Assembly (NCBI GenBank): GCA_017853555.1
Contig: JAFMJH010000006.1
Span: forward strand, 41,585-105,584
DNA from: Steroidobacteraceae bacterium
Lineage (GTDB): Bacteria; Pseudomonadota; Gammaproteobacteria; Steroidobacterales; Steroidobacteraceae
Direction of reading: 5' to 3'
DNA: 64,000 bases
Position numbers and translations under genes: made by a program. The notes under the pieces were generated by a model. It was given only the letters and a program-made list of their open reading frames with translations. It was not told where the DNA came from and searched no databases. Position 1 is the stretch's first letter; each line of letters begins with the position of its first letter. This document shows, one piece after another, positions 21,390 to 30,759 of this stretch.

Positions 21390-22745
21390 TCAGGACAGCC
21401 CCGGCGGACCGCCCCGCCCCCGGAACGCACCGAGCATGCGTTGCAGCTTGCCGCCCTTCATGGATTTCATCATCCGTTGCATCTCGGTGAACTGTTTGAG
21501 CAGCCGATTCACGTCCTGCACCTGCGTGCCCGAACCCGAGGCGATCCGGCGCCGACGTGAGCCGTCGATGATCTCGGGACGCCGGCGCTCGCGATGCGTC
21601 ATGGAATTGATGATCGCGATTTGCCGCCGCACCGCCTGATCGCCCTCGGCAGTCACCGGAGCCCCTTTGACGAGATTCGCGGGGAGTTTGTCGACGAGCG
21701 CACCGAGCCCACCCATTTTCTGCAACTGCTCGAGCTGGCCCTTGAGGTCGTAGAAATCGAACCGCTGCCCCGAGACCACTTTGCGCGCGAGACGCTCGGC
21801 CTCGGCCGCATCGACCTTGCCCTGCACCTGCTCGACCAGCGCGACCACGTCGCCCATGCCGAGGATGCGGCCGGCCATACGCTCGGGATCGAACGGCTGC
21901 AGCGCATCGACCTTTTCGCCGACGCCGAGAAACACGATCGGCTTGCCCGTCACCTCGCGCACCGACAAGGCGGCGCCGCCGCGCGCATCGCCGTCGGCCT
22001 TGGTGAGGATGATGCCGGTCAAATCGAGAGCGGCGCCGAAGGCGCGCGCGGAATTGAGCGCATCTTGTCCGGCCATCGCGTCGACCACGAACAGTTTTTC
22101 GTGCGCAGCCACGGCCGCATCGATGCTGCGCGCTTCGTCCATCAATTCGGAATCGACGTGCAAGCGCCCGGCGGTGTCGACGATCAATACGTCGTACACG
22201 CCGTTGCGCGCCGCGTCGACGGCGCTGCGCGCGATCTGTACCGGATCGCCATCGCTGCTCGAAGGATGAAAGCCCGCACCGACCTGCGTGGCGAGGCGCT
22301 CGAGCTGCAGAATCGCGGCCGGACGACGCACGTCGGTGCTGACGAGCAACACGCGTTTCTTTTGGGATTCGATCAACCAACGCGCGAGCTTCGCCGCGGT
22401 CGTGGTCTTGCCGGCACCTTGCAAACCCGCGAGCAACACGACATACGGCGGTTGTGCGCGCAATTCGAAACCCGCACGCGCGCCGCCGAGCAACTCGACG
22501 AGTTCGCGATGCAGGATGGAAACGAACACCTGCCCCGGCGTGAGACTCGCAGCGACGTCGGCACCCTGCGCTTTGACGCGCACCGCATCGATGAACCGCT
22601 TGACCACCGGCACCGCGACGTCGGCCTCGAGCAAGGCCATGCGCACTTCGCGCAAGGTCTCGGTGATGTTCTCGTCGGTGATGCGCCCTTTGCCGCGCAG
22701 ATTCTGCACGGTCTTGGCAAGGCGTTGGCTGAGGTTGTCGAACAT
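21390..22745 (-). CDS. ffh: Signal recognition particle protein Ffh
   Basis: MFDNLSQRLAKTVQNLRGKGRITDENI..., GLQGAGKTTTAAKLA, DTAGRL and a Met-rich M domain. Confidence 0.97.
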   Translation of the reverse strand: MFDNLSQRLAKTVQNLRGKGRITDENITETLREVRMALLEADVAVPVVKRFIDAVRVKAQGADVAASLTPGQVFVSILHRELVELLGGARAGFELRAQPPYVVLLAGLQGAGKTTTAAKLARWLIESQKKRVLLVSTDVRRPAAILQLERLATQVGAGFHPSSSDGDPVQIARSAVDAARNGVYDVLIVDTAGRLHVDSELMDEARSIDAAVAAHEKLFVVDAMAGQDALNSARAFGAALDLTGIILTKADGDARGGAALSVREVTGKPIVFLGVGEKVDALQPFDPERMAGRILGMGDVVALVEQVQGKVDAAEAERLARKVVSGQRFDFYDLKGQLEQLQKMGGLGALVDKLPANLVKGAPVTAEGDQAVRRQIAIINSMTHRERRRPEIIDGSRRRRIASGSGTQVQDVNRLLKQFTEMQRMMKSMKGGKLQRMLGAFRGRGGPPGLS

Positions 22746-22812
22746 GGGCCCGCGAGTATAAACCCGGGCCCGGTCGGTGGGTTCTGTGCTATGAATAGGG
22801 CCGGAGTATCGC

Positions 22813-24123
22813 GTGCAAGAACTCACCACCCCCGCCCTGCTCTGGTTGCTGTTGTTGACCCTCGCCGTGACGGCATTTTCCTCGGGCACCGAGGTGGCGA
22901 TGCTGTCGGCGAACCGCTATCGCATCCGCGCCCGCGCGGCCGCGGGCAACCGCGCCGCGCGCGTCCTCGATCAACTGCTCTCCAAGCCCGACGACTGGTT
23001 GGGCGCGAACCTCATCGTACTCACGCTCTCGAGCGCCGGCGCCACCACCATCGCGACCATCCTCGCCGTGCGCGACGGTCACGAGTACGCCTTGCTGCTG
23101 CCGACCTTGATCGTGCCCACCGTGATGCTGATCTTCTGCGAGCTCGCGCCGAAGATTTTCGCTGCCGTGCACGCCGACGGCGTCGCGCTCGCGGCGGCAC
23201 CGATCTATCGCGCACTGGTGTTCATCTCGCGCCCCGGCGTGATCCTCGCCAACTGGGCGGCTTACGGATTGTTGCGCGTATTCGGCGTCGCCTCCGGCGA
23301 CGAGCGCGGCGACCAGACCCTCTCGCCCGAAGAGCTGCGCATGGTGGTGAGCGAATCCGGACCGATGGTGCCGCAGCGCCACCGGCAAATGCTGTTGTCG
23401 ATCCTCGATCTCGAGCGCATCACGGTCAACGACATCATGATTCCGCGCCAGGAGATCGCCGGCATCGATCTCGAGGACGACTGGGAGCGCATCCTCGAGC
23501 AGCTGCGCCAAACGCCGCACACGCGTTTGCCCGTGTACGAAGGCGACATCGACGCGCTGGTCGGTCTGTTGCACATGAAGCGCGTCGCGCAGGAACTCGC
23601 GCGCGGCGCGCTCGACCGCGGCAAGTTGCGCGACCTTGCCGAACAACGCGAGCCGTACTTCGTGCCCGACGGCACGTCACTCACCGTGCAGCTCGCCAAC
23701 TTTCAACGCGCGCGCCGACGCTTCGCGTTCGTGGTCGACGAGTACGGCGACATTCAGGGACTCGTCACGCTCGAGGACATCCTCGAAGAAATCGTCGGCG
23801 AGTTCACCAACGATCCGGCGACCATTTCGCACAAGGATATCCATCGCGAATCGGCCGACTCGCATATCGTCAACGCGAGCGCGACGATTCGCGTATTGAA
23901 CCGCGCGCTCGGCTGGCAACTGCCGACCGACGGCCCGAAGACCTTGAACGGTCTGTTGCTCGAACGACTGGAAACCATCCCCGAAGCGGGCACGACGCTG
24001 CGCATCGGCGCGCTCGAACTCGAAGTGCTGCAGATCGCCGACAACGCGATCCGCACGGTGCGCGTGCGACGACGCAGCGAACGCTCAGGCGAAGGCGCGC
24101 GCGACGGCGTCGGCGAGGCGTGA
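22813..24123 (+). CDS. HlyC/CorC-family transporter (CNNM/DUF21 TM domain + CBS pair + CorC_HlyC domain)
   Basis: GTG start. N-terminal TM region with VAMLSANRYRIR, a CBS region and C-terminal GLLLERLETIPEAGTTL. Confidence 0.88.
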   Translation: MQELTTPALLWLLLLTLAVTAFSSGTEVAMLSANRYRIRARAAAGNRAARVLDQLLSKPDDWLGANLIVLTLSSAGATTIATILAVRDGHEYALLLPTLIVPTVMLIFCELAPKIFAAVHADGVALAAAPIYRALVFISRPGVILANWAAYGLLRVFGVASGDERGDQTLSPEELRMVVSESGPMVPQRHRQMLLSILDLERITVNDIMIPRQEIAGIDLEDDWERILEQLRQTPHTRLPVYEGDIDALVGLLHMKRVAQELARGALDRGKLRDLAEQREPYFVPDGTSLTVQLANFQRARRRFAFVVDEYGDIQGLVTLEDILEEIVGEFTNDPATISHKDIHRESADSHIVNASATIRVLNRALGWQLPTDGPKTLNGLLLERLETIPEAGTTLRIGALELEVLQIADNAIRTVRVRRRSERSGEGARDGVGEA

Positions 24124-25431
24124 GACGCCGATCGCCGTGATGCCCTCGACGGGCTTGCGCGGCAGATTGTCCTCGGCGACGAGCGCGGTTTTGAATCCCT
24201 GTTTGGCCGCCTCGCGCAGACGCTCTTCGCCGTAGGCCACCGGACGCACCTCGCCGGTGAGCCCGACCTCGCCGAACGCGATCAACGTCGCCGGCAACGC
24301 GCGATCACGCAAGCTCGAGGCGAGCGCCAACAACACCGGCAGATCGCTCGCCGTCTCGCCGAGCGAAAGGCCCCCGACCACGTTCGCGAACACGTCGTGA
24401 TCTTGCAGCGAAAGTCCGGCGTGACGATTGAGCACCGCGAGCAGCATCGCAAGCCGCGTCGCATCGAGACCCTGCGCCACGCGCCGCGGATTTCCGAAAC
24501 GCATGGGGTCGACCAGCCCCTGAATCTCGACCAGCAGCGGCCGCCCGCCCTCGCGGGCGACGGTGACGATGCTGCCCGGTGCCACCGGTTGCGAGCGTGC
24601 GAGGAAAATCGCCGAGGGATTGGCCACTTCACGCAGGCCGCCTTCGGTCATGGCGAAGAACGCGAGTTCGTTCACGGCGCCAAAACGATTTTTGGTCGCA
24701 CGCACGATGCGATAGCGCGAGCCGGCGTCGCTTTCGAAATAGAGCACCGTGTCGACCAGATGCTCGAGCACTTTTGGCCCGGCGATCGTGCCTTCGCGCG
24801 TGACGTGCCCGATGATGAACACCGCCGTGCCGCTCGATTTCGCATGGCGCACGATGGTCGCCGCGCATTCGCGCAACTGCGCGACGCCGCCCGCACTTGC
24901 GGCCAATTGCGCCGAGTGCACGGTCTGGATGGAGTCGATGATCAGCAACGCGGCACGCGCACTGCGCGCGCCGTCGAGTATGGTCTCGAGGTCCGACTCG
25001 GGCGCGATCTCGAGCCCCGGTGCCGAGAGCCCGAGCCGACTCGCACGCGCCCCCACCTGCGCGGCGGACTCTTCACCCGTCGCGTACAGCACCGGCGCGC
25101 CGCGCGCGACGGCAGCGGCCACTTGCAACAACAAGGTCGACTTGCCGATGCCGGGATCGCCGCCGAGCAGCACGACGCTGCCGGGCACGATGCCGCCACC
25201 CAAAACTCGATCAAGCTCGGCCGAGCCGGCCGCGATGCGCGCACCGGGTGCGGCGCCGTCCGTCAACACGAGTGGCGCGCGATTGCTCGCGGCGCGTGGC
25301 GCCGCGCGCGCACCGACCTGCTCGCTGCGCTCGAGGGTATTCCACTCTTCGCACTGCGGGCATTGCCCTTGCCAACGCGGGGTTTCAGCACCGCAGGCGC
25401 GGCACACGAACGTGACTCGAGTTCTCACCAT
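24085..25431 (-). CDS. radA: DNA repair protein RadA (Sms)
   Basis: Zn-ribbon FVCRACGAETPRWQGQCPQCEEWNTL, Walker A GGDPGIGKSTLLLQ, KNRFG motif and a Lon-like C-terminal domain. Confidence 0.96.
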   Translation of the reverse strand: MVRTRVTFVCRACGAETPRWQGQCPQCEEWNTLERSEQVGARAAPRAASNRAPLVLTDGAAPGARIAAGSAELDRVLGGGIVPGSVVLLGGDPGIGKSTLLLQVAAAVARGAPVLYATGEESAAQVGARASRLGLSAPGLEIAPESDLETILDGARSARAALLIIDSIQTVHSAQLAASAGGVAQLRECAATIVRHAKSSGTAVFIIGHVTREGTIAGPKVLEHLVDTVLYFESDAGSRYRIVRATKNRFGAVNELAFFAMTEGGLREVANPSAIFLARSQPVAPGSIVTVAREGGRPLLVEIQGLVDPMRFGNPRRVAQGLDATRLAMLLAVLNRHAGLSLQDHDVFANVVGGLSLGETASDLPVLLALASSLRDRALPATLIAFGEVGLTGEVRPVAYGEERLREAAKQGFKTALVAEDNLPRKPVEGITAIGVSRLADAVARAFA

Positions 25432-25486
25432 CTTGGAACGGATGCTAGCACGCGCCCCGCCCGGCCCCGAGTACACTGCGCGGCAA

Positions 25487-26233
25487 ATGCATTTCGATTC
25501 ACGACCCTTCGAACTGCACTGCGCCGCGCACAGCGACATCGGCCGCATGCGCCGACGCAACGAAGATCACTACGTCTGCGACGCGACGTTGCGTTTGCTC
25601 GCGATCGCCGACGGCATGGGAGGACACGCCGCGGGCGACGTCGCGAGCCGGCTCGCGGTGCAAACGCTATGCGATCGCTTGCACGGTGAGCCCGACTCGC
25701 CGTGCACACCGAGCGCGCGACTGCGCGCCGCCATCGAAACCGCCAACATCGCCATCCACCTCGCCGCCGCCGACTCGCAGCAACTCGGCATGGGTACGAC
25801 CATCGTCACCGCCTGGTTCGTCGATGGCGCGGTACTCGTCGCGCATGTAGGCGACTCGCGGCTCTACCGCCTGCGCGGCGATGAGCTCGTCGCGCTCACG
25901 CGCGATCATTCCTGGGTGCAGGACATGATCGACCGCGGCCTCTACACGCCCGAGCGCGCCCGCACGTCGCCGCGTCGCAATCAATTGCTGCGCGCGCTCG
26001 GCTCGCTCCCCGACGTCGAAATCGACCTCGCGATGCACGCCTTGCGCGCGGGCGATCGTTATCTGCTCTGTTCGGATGGTTTGAACGGCATGCTCGATGA
26101 TGCCGAGATCGCCGCACTGCTCGGCGCCGACGCAACGCCGCAGTCACGCGTGCAGCGCCTCATCGACAGCGCCAATGCACGCGGCGGGCGCGACAACGTC
26201 ACCGTCGCGATCGCCGACGTCCTCGAGCGCTAG
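25487..26233 (+). CDS. PP2C-family Ser/Thr protein phosphatase (Stp1-like, soluble)
   Basis: RMRRRNEDHY, IADGMGGHAAGDVAS, LLCSDGLNGML and GGRDNVTVAIADV. 248 aa with ATG at 25487. Confidence 0.88.
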   Translation: MHFDSRPFELHCAAHSDIGRMRRRNEDHYVCDATLRLLAIADGMGGHAAGDVASRLAVQTLCDRLHGEPDSPCTPSARLRAAIETANIAIHLAAADSQQLGMGTTIVTAWFVDGAVLVAHVGDSRLYRLRGDELVALTRDHSWVQDMIDRGLYTPERARTSPRRNQLLRALGSLPDVEIDLAMHALRAGDRYLLCSDGLNGMLDDAEIAALLGADATPQSRVQRLIDSANARGGRDNVTVAIADVLER

Positions 26234-27330
26234 ACCCACTCGCGCACGACGCGACGGCTCACGCCGCACAGCACTTCGTACGCGATGGTGCCCGCAGCGG
26301 CAGCGATTTCTTCGACCGGCAAACCCGGCCCCCAAAGACGCGCGACGCTGCCGCAGGTCGTAGTCGGCAAATCGGTGACGTCGACCGCGATCATGTCCAT
26401 AGAGACGCGCCCGGCGAGCGGCGCTCGTACGCCGTCGATCAGCACGGGCGTGCCGCTCGGCAGATGCCGCGGCACGCCATCGCCGTAGCCTGCGGCCACG
26501 ATCGCGATGCGCGACTCGCGCCGCGCCTGCCAGCTGCCGCCGTAACCGACGGTTTCGCCCGCCGGCACGCGTCGCAGGGCGACCACGCGCGAGTCGAGCG
26601 ACATCACCGGCGCAAGCCCCAAACTCGTGGCGTCACGCGCCGCGCTCGGCGAGACGCCATAGAGCGAAATGCCGGGCCGCACCCACTGCCCGCGCGCCGC
26701 AGGCCAAAACAAGATCCCGGCCGAGTTGCCGATGCTCGTCACCGGCGGCGTTCCGGGCCAGTGGCTGCGCAGCGTTTCGAAGCGTGCGACTTGCGCGGCG
26801 GTCATGTCGACCTCCAACTCGTCCGCACGCGCCAGATGCGTCATCAATCGCAGTTCGGCAAGCGGCACGCGCAAGCGCGTGAGGCGTTGGTGCACTGCGG
26901 AGAGCTGCTCGGGCCTGAAGCCGAGACGGTTCATGCCGGTGTCGACCTTCAACCAAATTTTGAAGGCGTGCGCGCCCGAATACGCTTCGAGCCAGGCAAG
27001 CTGGGATTCGTCGTGCACGACGATCTCGAGGGCGTGACGTGCGGCCTCGGCAAGCTGACCTGCGTCGAAGACGCCCTCGAGCAATACGATCGGTGAATGT
27101 ATGCCCGCCGCACGCAGTTCGAGCGCTTCGTCGAGCCGCGCCACCGCGTACGCATCGGCGCGCGATTCGGCGTCGCCCGACGCAAGGGTCGCGGCGACGT
27201 CCGTGATGCCGTGTCCGTAGGCGTTGGCTTTGATCACCGCCATCACGCGCGCGCCCTGCGCCGCACGGCGCAAGGTGCGCAGATTGGCACGCAGCGCTTC
27301 GCGGTCGATCAGGGCGCGGATCGGACTCAC
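26230..27330 (-). CDS. alr: Alanine racemase
   Basis: PLP-Lys motif VMAVIKANAYGHG. 366 aa, directly downstream of dnaB. Confidence 0.93.
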   Translation of the reverse strand: MSPIRALIDREALRANLRTLRRAAQGARVMAVIKANAYGHGITDVAATLASGDAESRADAYAVARLDEALELRAAGIHSPIVLLEGVFDAGQLAEAARHALEIVVHDESQLAWLEAYSGAHAFKIWLKVDTGMNRLGFRPEQLSAVHQRLTRLRVPLAELRLMTHLARADELEVDMTAAQVARFETLRSHWPGTPPVTSIGNSAGILFWPAARGQWVRPGISLYGVSPSAARDATSLGLAPVMSLDSRVVALRRVPAGETVGYGGSWQARRESRIAIVAAGYGDGVPRHLPSGTPVLIDGVRAPLAGRVSMDMIAVDVTDLPTTTCGSVARLWGPGLPVEEIAAAAGTIAYEVLCGVSRRVVREWV

Positions 27331-27332
27331 GA

Positions 27333-28709
27333 TCAGCGCAGCACGCCCTCGGCGTACGAGTCGGGTGCGTAATTGATGAAGCGCGAATACTGGCCCTGGA
27401 AGGTCAGCAGGAAGGTGCCGGTTTCACCGTTGCGGTGCTTGGCGAGATCGATCTCGGCGATGCCCTTCTTGGTGGTGTTCTTGTCGTAGACCTCTTCACG
27501 GTAGATGAGGAGGATCATGTCGGCGTCCTGTTCGATGGCGCCGGACTCGCGCAGGTCCGACATCACGGGCTTCTTGTCCACCCGTTGCTCGACGCCGCGG
27601 TTGAGCTGCGACAACGCGATCACCGGCACCTTCAATTCTTTGGCCAACGCCTTCAGGCCGCGCGAGATCTCCGCGATTTCGGTGGCGCGGTTTTCTTTGG
27701 TGCCCGGCACCTGCATCAGCTGCAGGTAGTCGACCACCACGAGCCCGAGGCCGTGCTCGCGACTGACGCGACGCGCGCGCGCCCGCAATTCGGTGGGCGT
27801 GAGGCCCGGCGTCTCGTCGATGAAGATTTTCGCTTCACCGAGCTGCCCCGCAGCGCCGGTGATGCGCGGCCAATCTTCGTCCGAAATCTTGCCGCTGCGG
27901 ATGTGCGACAGACTCACCCGCCCGATCGACGAGAGCATGCGCGTCATCAGCTGCTCGGAGGGCATTTCCATGGAGAAAATCGCGACCGACGCTTTGACGC
28001 CGCTCTTGAGCGCCGCGTACTCGGCCATGTTCACGGCGAACGTGGTTTTACCCATCGACGGACGCCCGGCGACGACGACCAGATCGCCCGCTCGCAAACC
28101 GCCCGTCTTGCGATCGAATTCGTCGAAGCCCGTCGGCAGGCCGCGCAAACCGTCCGGGTTGTTGTGCCAATCGTCGATCTTGTCGATCAAGCCCTGCATC
28201 ATCGAGCTGACCGACACCGCACCTTCGCTGCGACCGCGCGTGCCCTGTTCGGCGATCGCGAACACGCGTCCTTCGGCCGAATCGACGAGTTCGCGCGCCG
28301 TCTCGCCTTCGTTGTTGAATACCGATGCGGCGATCTCGGTGCCGGCGTTCAGCAACTGACGCAGCAACGAGCGCTCGCGAACGATATCGGCATAGGCACG
28401 CACGTTGGCCGCCGTCGGCGTGTCACGTGCGAGCGTGGCGAGATAGGCCAAGCCGCCGCTCGCCTCGAGTTGCCCCGTGCGTTCGAGTTGCTCGCTGACC
28501 GTGACGGCATCGCAAGGCTTGCCCTGCGTGGCCAACTGCCCGATGGCGTCGAAGATGATGCGATGGTCGGGACGGTAGAAGTCGTCGCTGCGCACTGCGT
28601 CAGCGACGTTGTCCCAAGCGGACGAGTCGAGGAGCAGTCCGCCCAAAACGGACTGCTCCGCCTCGATCGAGTGCGGCGGCGTGCGAACTTCTCCGCCGCG
28701 TGCGTTCAC
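27333..28709 (-). CDS. dnaB: Replicative DNA helicase DnaB
   Basis: PPHSIEAEQSVLGGLLLD, Walker A GRPSMGKTTFA and IEQDADMILLIYR. Confidence 0.98.
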   Translation of the reverse strand: MNARGGEVRTPPHSIEAEQSVLGGLLLDSSAWDNVADAVRSDDFYRPDHRIIFDAIGQLATQGKPCDAVTVSEQLERTGQLEASGGLAYLATLARDTPTAANVRAYADIVRERSLLRQLLNAGTEIAASVFNNEGETARELVDSAEGRVFAIAEQGTRGRSEGAVSVSSMMQGLIDKIDDWHNNPDGLRGLPTGFDEFDRKTGGLRAGDLVVVAGRPSMGKTTFAVNMAEYAALKSGVKASVAIFSMEMPSEQLMTRMLSSIGRVSLSHIRSGKISDEDWPRITGAAGQLGEAKIFIDETPGLTPTELRARARRVSREHGLGLVVVDYLQLMQVPGTKENRATEIAEISRGLKALAKELKVPVIALSQLNRGVEQRVDKKPVMSDLRESGAIEQDADMILLIYREEVYDKNTTKKGIAEIDLAKHRNGETGTFLLTFQGQYSRFINYAPDSYAEGVLR

Positions 28710-28716
28710 CCGAGGA

Positions 28717-29166
28717 TCACTCCTCGGCGACGATGGTCACCGCCAACTGCACATCGACGTCGGTGTGCAGATGCAGGACGACCTGATGCTCACCCACGGT
28801 ACGGATCGGGCCATTCGGCAGACGCACTTCCGAGCGCGCGACCTTGTGACCCTGCGTGCTGCAGGCTTCGGCGATGTCGGTGGTACCGACGGAGCCGAAC
28901 AACTTGCCCTCGCTGCCCGCCTTCGCGGACATGGTGAGCTTGAACTCCTTCATCGCCTCGGCACGCGCGGTGGCGCTCGCGAGCTGATCGCGCGCGACCT
29001 TCTCGAGTTCCGCGCGACGCGCTTCGAACTTGGCGACGTTGGCGGGCGTGGCGAGCGTCGCCTTGCCTGCCGGCAACAGGAAGTTGCGGCCGTAGCCGGA
29101 CTTCACGTTGACGCGATCACCGATGTCACCGAGGTTGGCGACTTTGGTCAAAAGAATGACGTCCAT
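28717..29166 (-). CDS. rplI: 50S ribosomal protein L9
   Basis: [36 protein letters not shown]. Confidence 0.98.
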   Translation of the reverse strand: MDVILLTKVANLGDIGDRVNVKSGYGRNFLLPAGKATLATPANVAKFEARRAELEKVARDQLASATARAEAMKEFKLTMSAKAGSEGKLFGSVGTTDIAEACSTQGHKVARSEVRLPNGPIRTVGEHQVVLHLHTDVDVQLAVTIVAEE

Positions 29167-29182
29167 GATCGTCCCCTAATTC

Positions 29183-29431
29183 TCAGTGCTGATCCGTGTA
29201 CGGCAACAGCGCGAGGTAGCGCGCACGGCGAACGGCCTGTGCGAGCTGGCGCTGGTAGAACGAACGCGTGCCGGTGATGCGGCTCGGAACGATCTTGCCC
29301 GTCTCGGTGATGTAACCCTTGAGCGTCGCGAGATCTTTGTAGTCGATCTGCTTGACTTCTTCGGCCGTGAAACGGCAGAACTTCTTGCGGCGGGTGAAGC
29401 GGCTGCCGCCGCCCTGCTTGCCATCTTTCAT
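29183..29431 (-). CDS. rpsR: 30S ribosomal protein S18
   Basis: [42 protein letters not shown]. Confidence 0.98.
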   Translation of the reverse strand: MKDGKQGGGSRFTRRKKFCRFTAEEVKQIDYKDLATLKGYITETGKIVPSRITGTRSFYQRQLAQAVRRARYLALLPYTDQH

Positions 29432-29457
29432 GATTCTGTACTCCGCGTGAACTGCGT

Positions 29458-29865
29458 TCAGACGTTGTCGAGCGACATGTCGTCGTCACCGAGATCGTCG
29501 CGTCGACGACGCGGACGCTCGGACGGATCGCCCGAAGATTCTTCTTCTTCGGCGCGCGCCATCGGCGAAGGCTCGGTGACCGGGCCGTCCATCTTCACGA
29601 CCAGGTGCCGCAGCACGGCGTCGCTGAAACGGAACGCGCCGGTGAGTTCGGCGAGGGTCTTTTGATCCGTTTCGATGTTCAAGAGGATGTAGTGCGCCTT
29701 GTGCACCTTCGCGATCGGGAAGGTGAGCTGGCGACGACCCCAGTCTTCGAGACGGTGAACCTGACCGCCACCTTGGGCGATCATGCCCTTGTAGCGTTCG
29801 AGCATGGCCGGAACCTGCTCGCTCTGGTCGGGATGGACCAGAAATACGATTTCATAGTGCCTCAT
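29458..29865 (-). CDS. rpsF: 30S ribosomal protein S6
   Basis: [29 protein letters not shown] with an acidic C-terminal tail. RBS AAGGAG lies 5 nt upstream of ATG 29865. Confidence 0.97.
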   Translation of the reverse strand: MRHYEIVFLVHPDQSEQVPAMLERYKGMIAQGGGQVHRLEDWGRRQLTFPIAKVHKAHYILLNIETDQKTLAELTGAFRFSDAVLRHLVVKMDGPVTEPSPMARAEEEESSGDPSERPRRRRDDLGDDDMSLDNV

Positions 29866-29887
29866 GTGTTCTCCTTGTGGATGTGAA

Positions 29888-29916
29888 GCCACCCGGCGAA
29901 GCACGGCCGGTGTGGC
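29888..29916 (-). promoter_or_regulatory. Bulged stem-loop in the rpsF 5' UTR, a possible S6:S18 autoregulatory leader
   Basis: The minus-strand RNA GCCAC-A-CCGGC cgugcuuc GCCGG-GUGGC forms 5+5 bp with a 1-nt bulge. It sits between the predicted promoter and the RBS. Confidence 0.35.
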
Positions 29917-29944
29917 AAGGAATTCCCGAAAAATCGGGCCGCGC

Positions 29945-29973
29945 ACTATATCCAAACCTCCCCGCCCGGGCAA
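29945..29973 (-). promoter_or_regulatory. Candidate sigma70 promoter of the rpsF-rpsR-rplI(-dnaB-alr) operon: TTGCCC-17 nt-TATAGT
   Basis: Hexamers read on the minus strand: -35 at 29973-29968 and -10 at 29950-29945. Confidence 0.5.
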
Positions 29974-30006
29974 CAAGCCCGCAGAATCAGCAGGTTGCGA
30001 GGCTAG

Positions 30007-30759
30007 TCAGGGGGTCGTGCGCTGCCGGACGGCCTCGTAGAGCAACATGCCGGCCGCGACCGACACGTTCAGGCTCTCCACCGCGCCACGCATCGGCAGC
30101 GAGACGATCAGATCGCAATGCTGGCGGGTCAACTGGCGCAAGCCCGCGCCCTCGGCGCCGAGCACGATCGCCGTCGCACTTTTGAAATCGGCACGATCGG
30201 CCGCACGCGACGCCTCGGCGTCCGCGCCGACCACCCAGAGCCCCGCCTCTTTCAGACCGCGCAGACAACGGGCGAGATTCGTGACCACGGCAACCGGCGT
30301 CGTCTCGGCGGCACCGGCGGCAACCTTGCGCACCGTGGCGTTCAGTTGTGCGGCGCGATCTTTGGGGATCACCACGGCGAGCGCGCCGCAGGCATCGGCC
30401 GTGCGCAGACAGGCACCGAGGTTGTGGGGATCCTGGACGCCATCGAGCACGAGCAGCAGCGGCGCCTCGGCGTCGGCGGCGCGATGCGTGAGCGCGTCGA
30501 ACAGGCGTTCTTCGTTCCAAGGTGCCTGCGGCAGAATTTCCGCCACGACACCCTGGTGGGCCACCGCGCCGACCAGGCGCTCGAGTCGCGGCACGTCGAC
30601 TCGCTCGAGCGGACAGGAGGCGAGATTCGCCGCAGCGAGCAGCGCCGCGATCCGCGCATCGTCGCGGCCGCGCGCGATGTAGAGGCGCCGTACGCGTGCC
30701 GGATCGCGCTTCAAAAGTGCTTGCACGACGTGCAAACCGTGCACGTGCAACGTACTCAT
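30007..30759 (-). CDS. rlmB: 23S rRNA (guanosine2251-2'-O)-methyltransferase RlmB (SpoU family)
   Basis: SpoU motifs (VLDGVQDPHNLGACLRTA, IVLGAEGAGLR, SLNVSVAAGMLLYE). The ATGA overlaps the rnr stop, as in the E. coli rnr-rlmB operon. Confidence 0.92.
   Translation of the reverse strand: MSTLHVHGLHVVQALLKRDPARVRRLYIARGRDDARIAALLAAANLASCPLERVDVPRLERLVGAVAHQGVVAEILPQAPWNEERLFDALTHRAADAEAPLLLVLDGVQDPHNLGACLRTADACGALAVVIPKDRAAQLNATVRKVAAGAAETTPVAVVTNLARCLRGLKEAGLWVVGADAEASRAADRADFKSATAIVLGAEGAGLRQLTRQHCDLIVSLPMRGAVESLNVSVAAGMLLYEAVRQRTTP

Noticed and set aside
22746-22771. Inverted repeat GGGCCCG-12 nt-CGGGCCC in the ffh/corC-like divergent spacer, as a possible operator or terminator.
   Set aside because: It is real as a sequence feature, but short and GC-driven. 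It has no associated regulator or U-tract, so I cannot assign a function.
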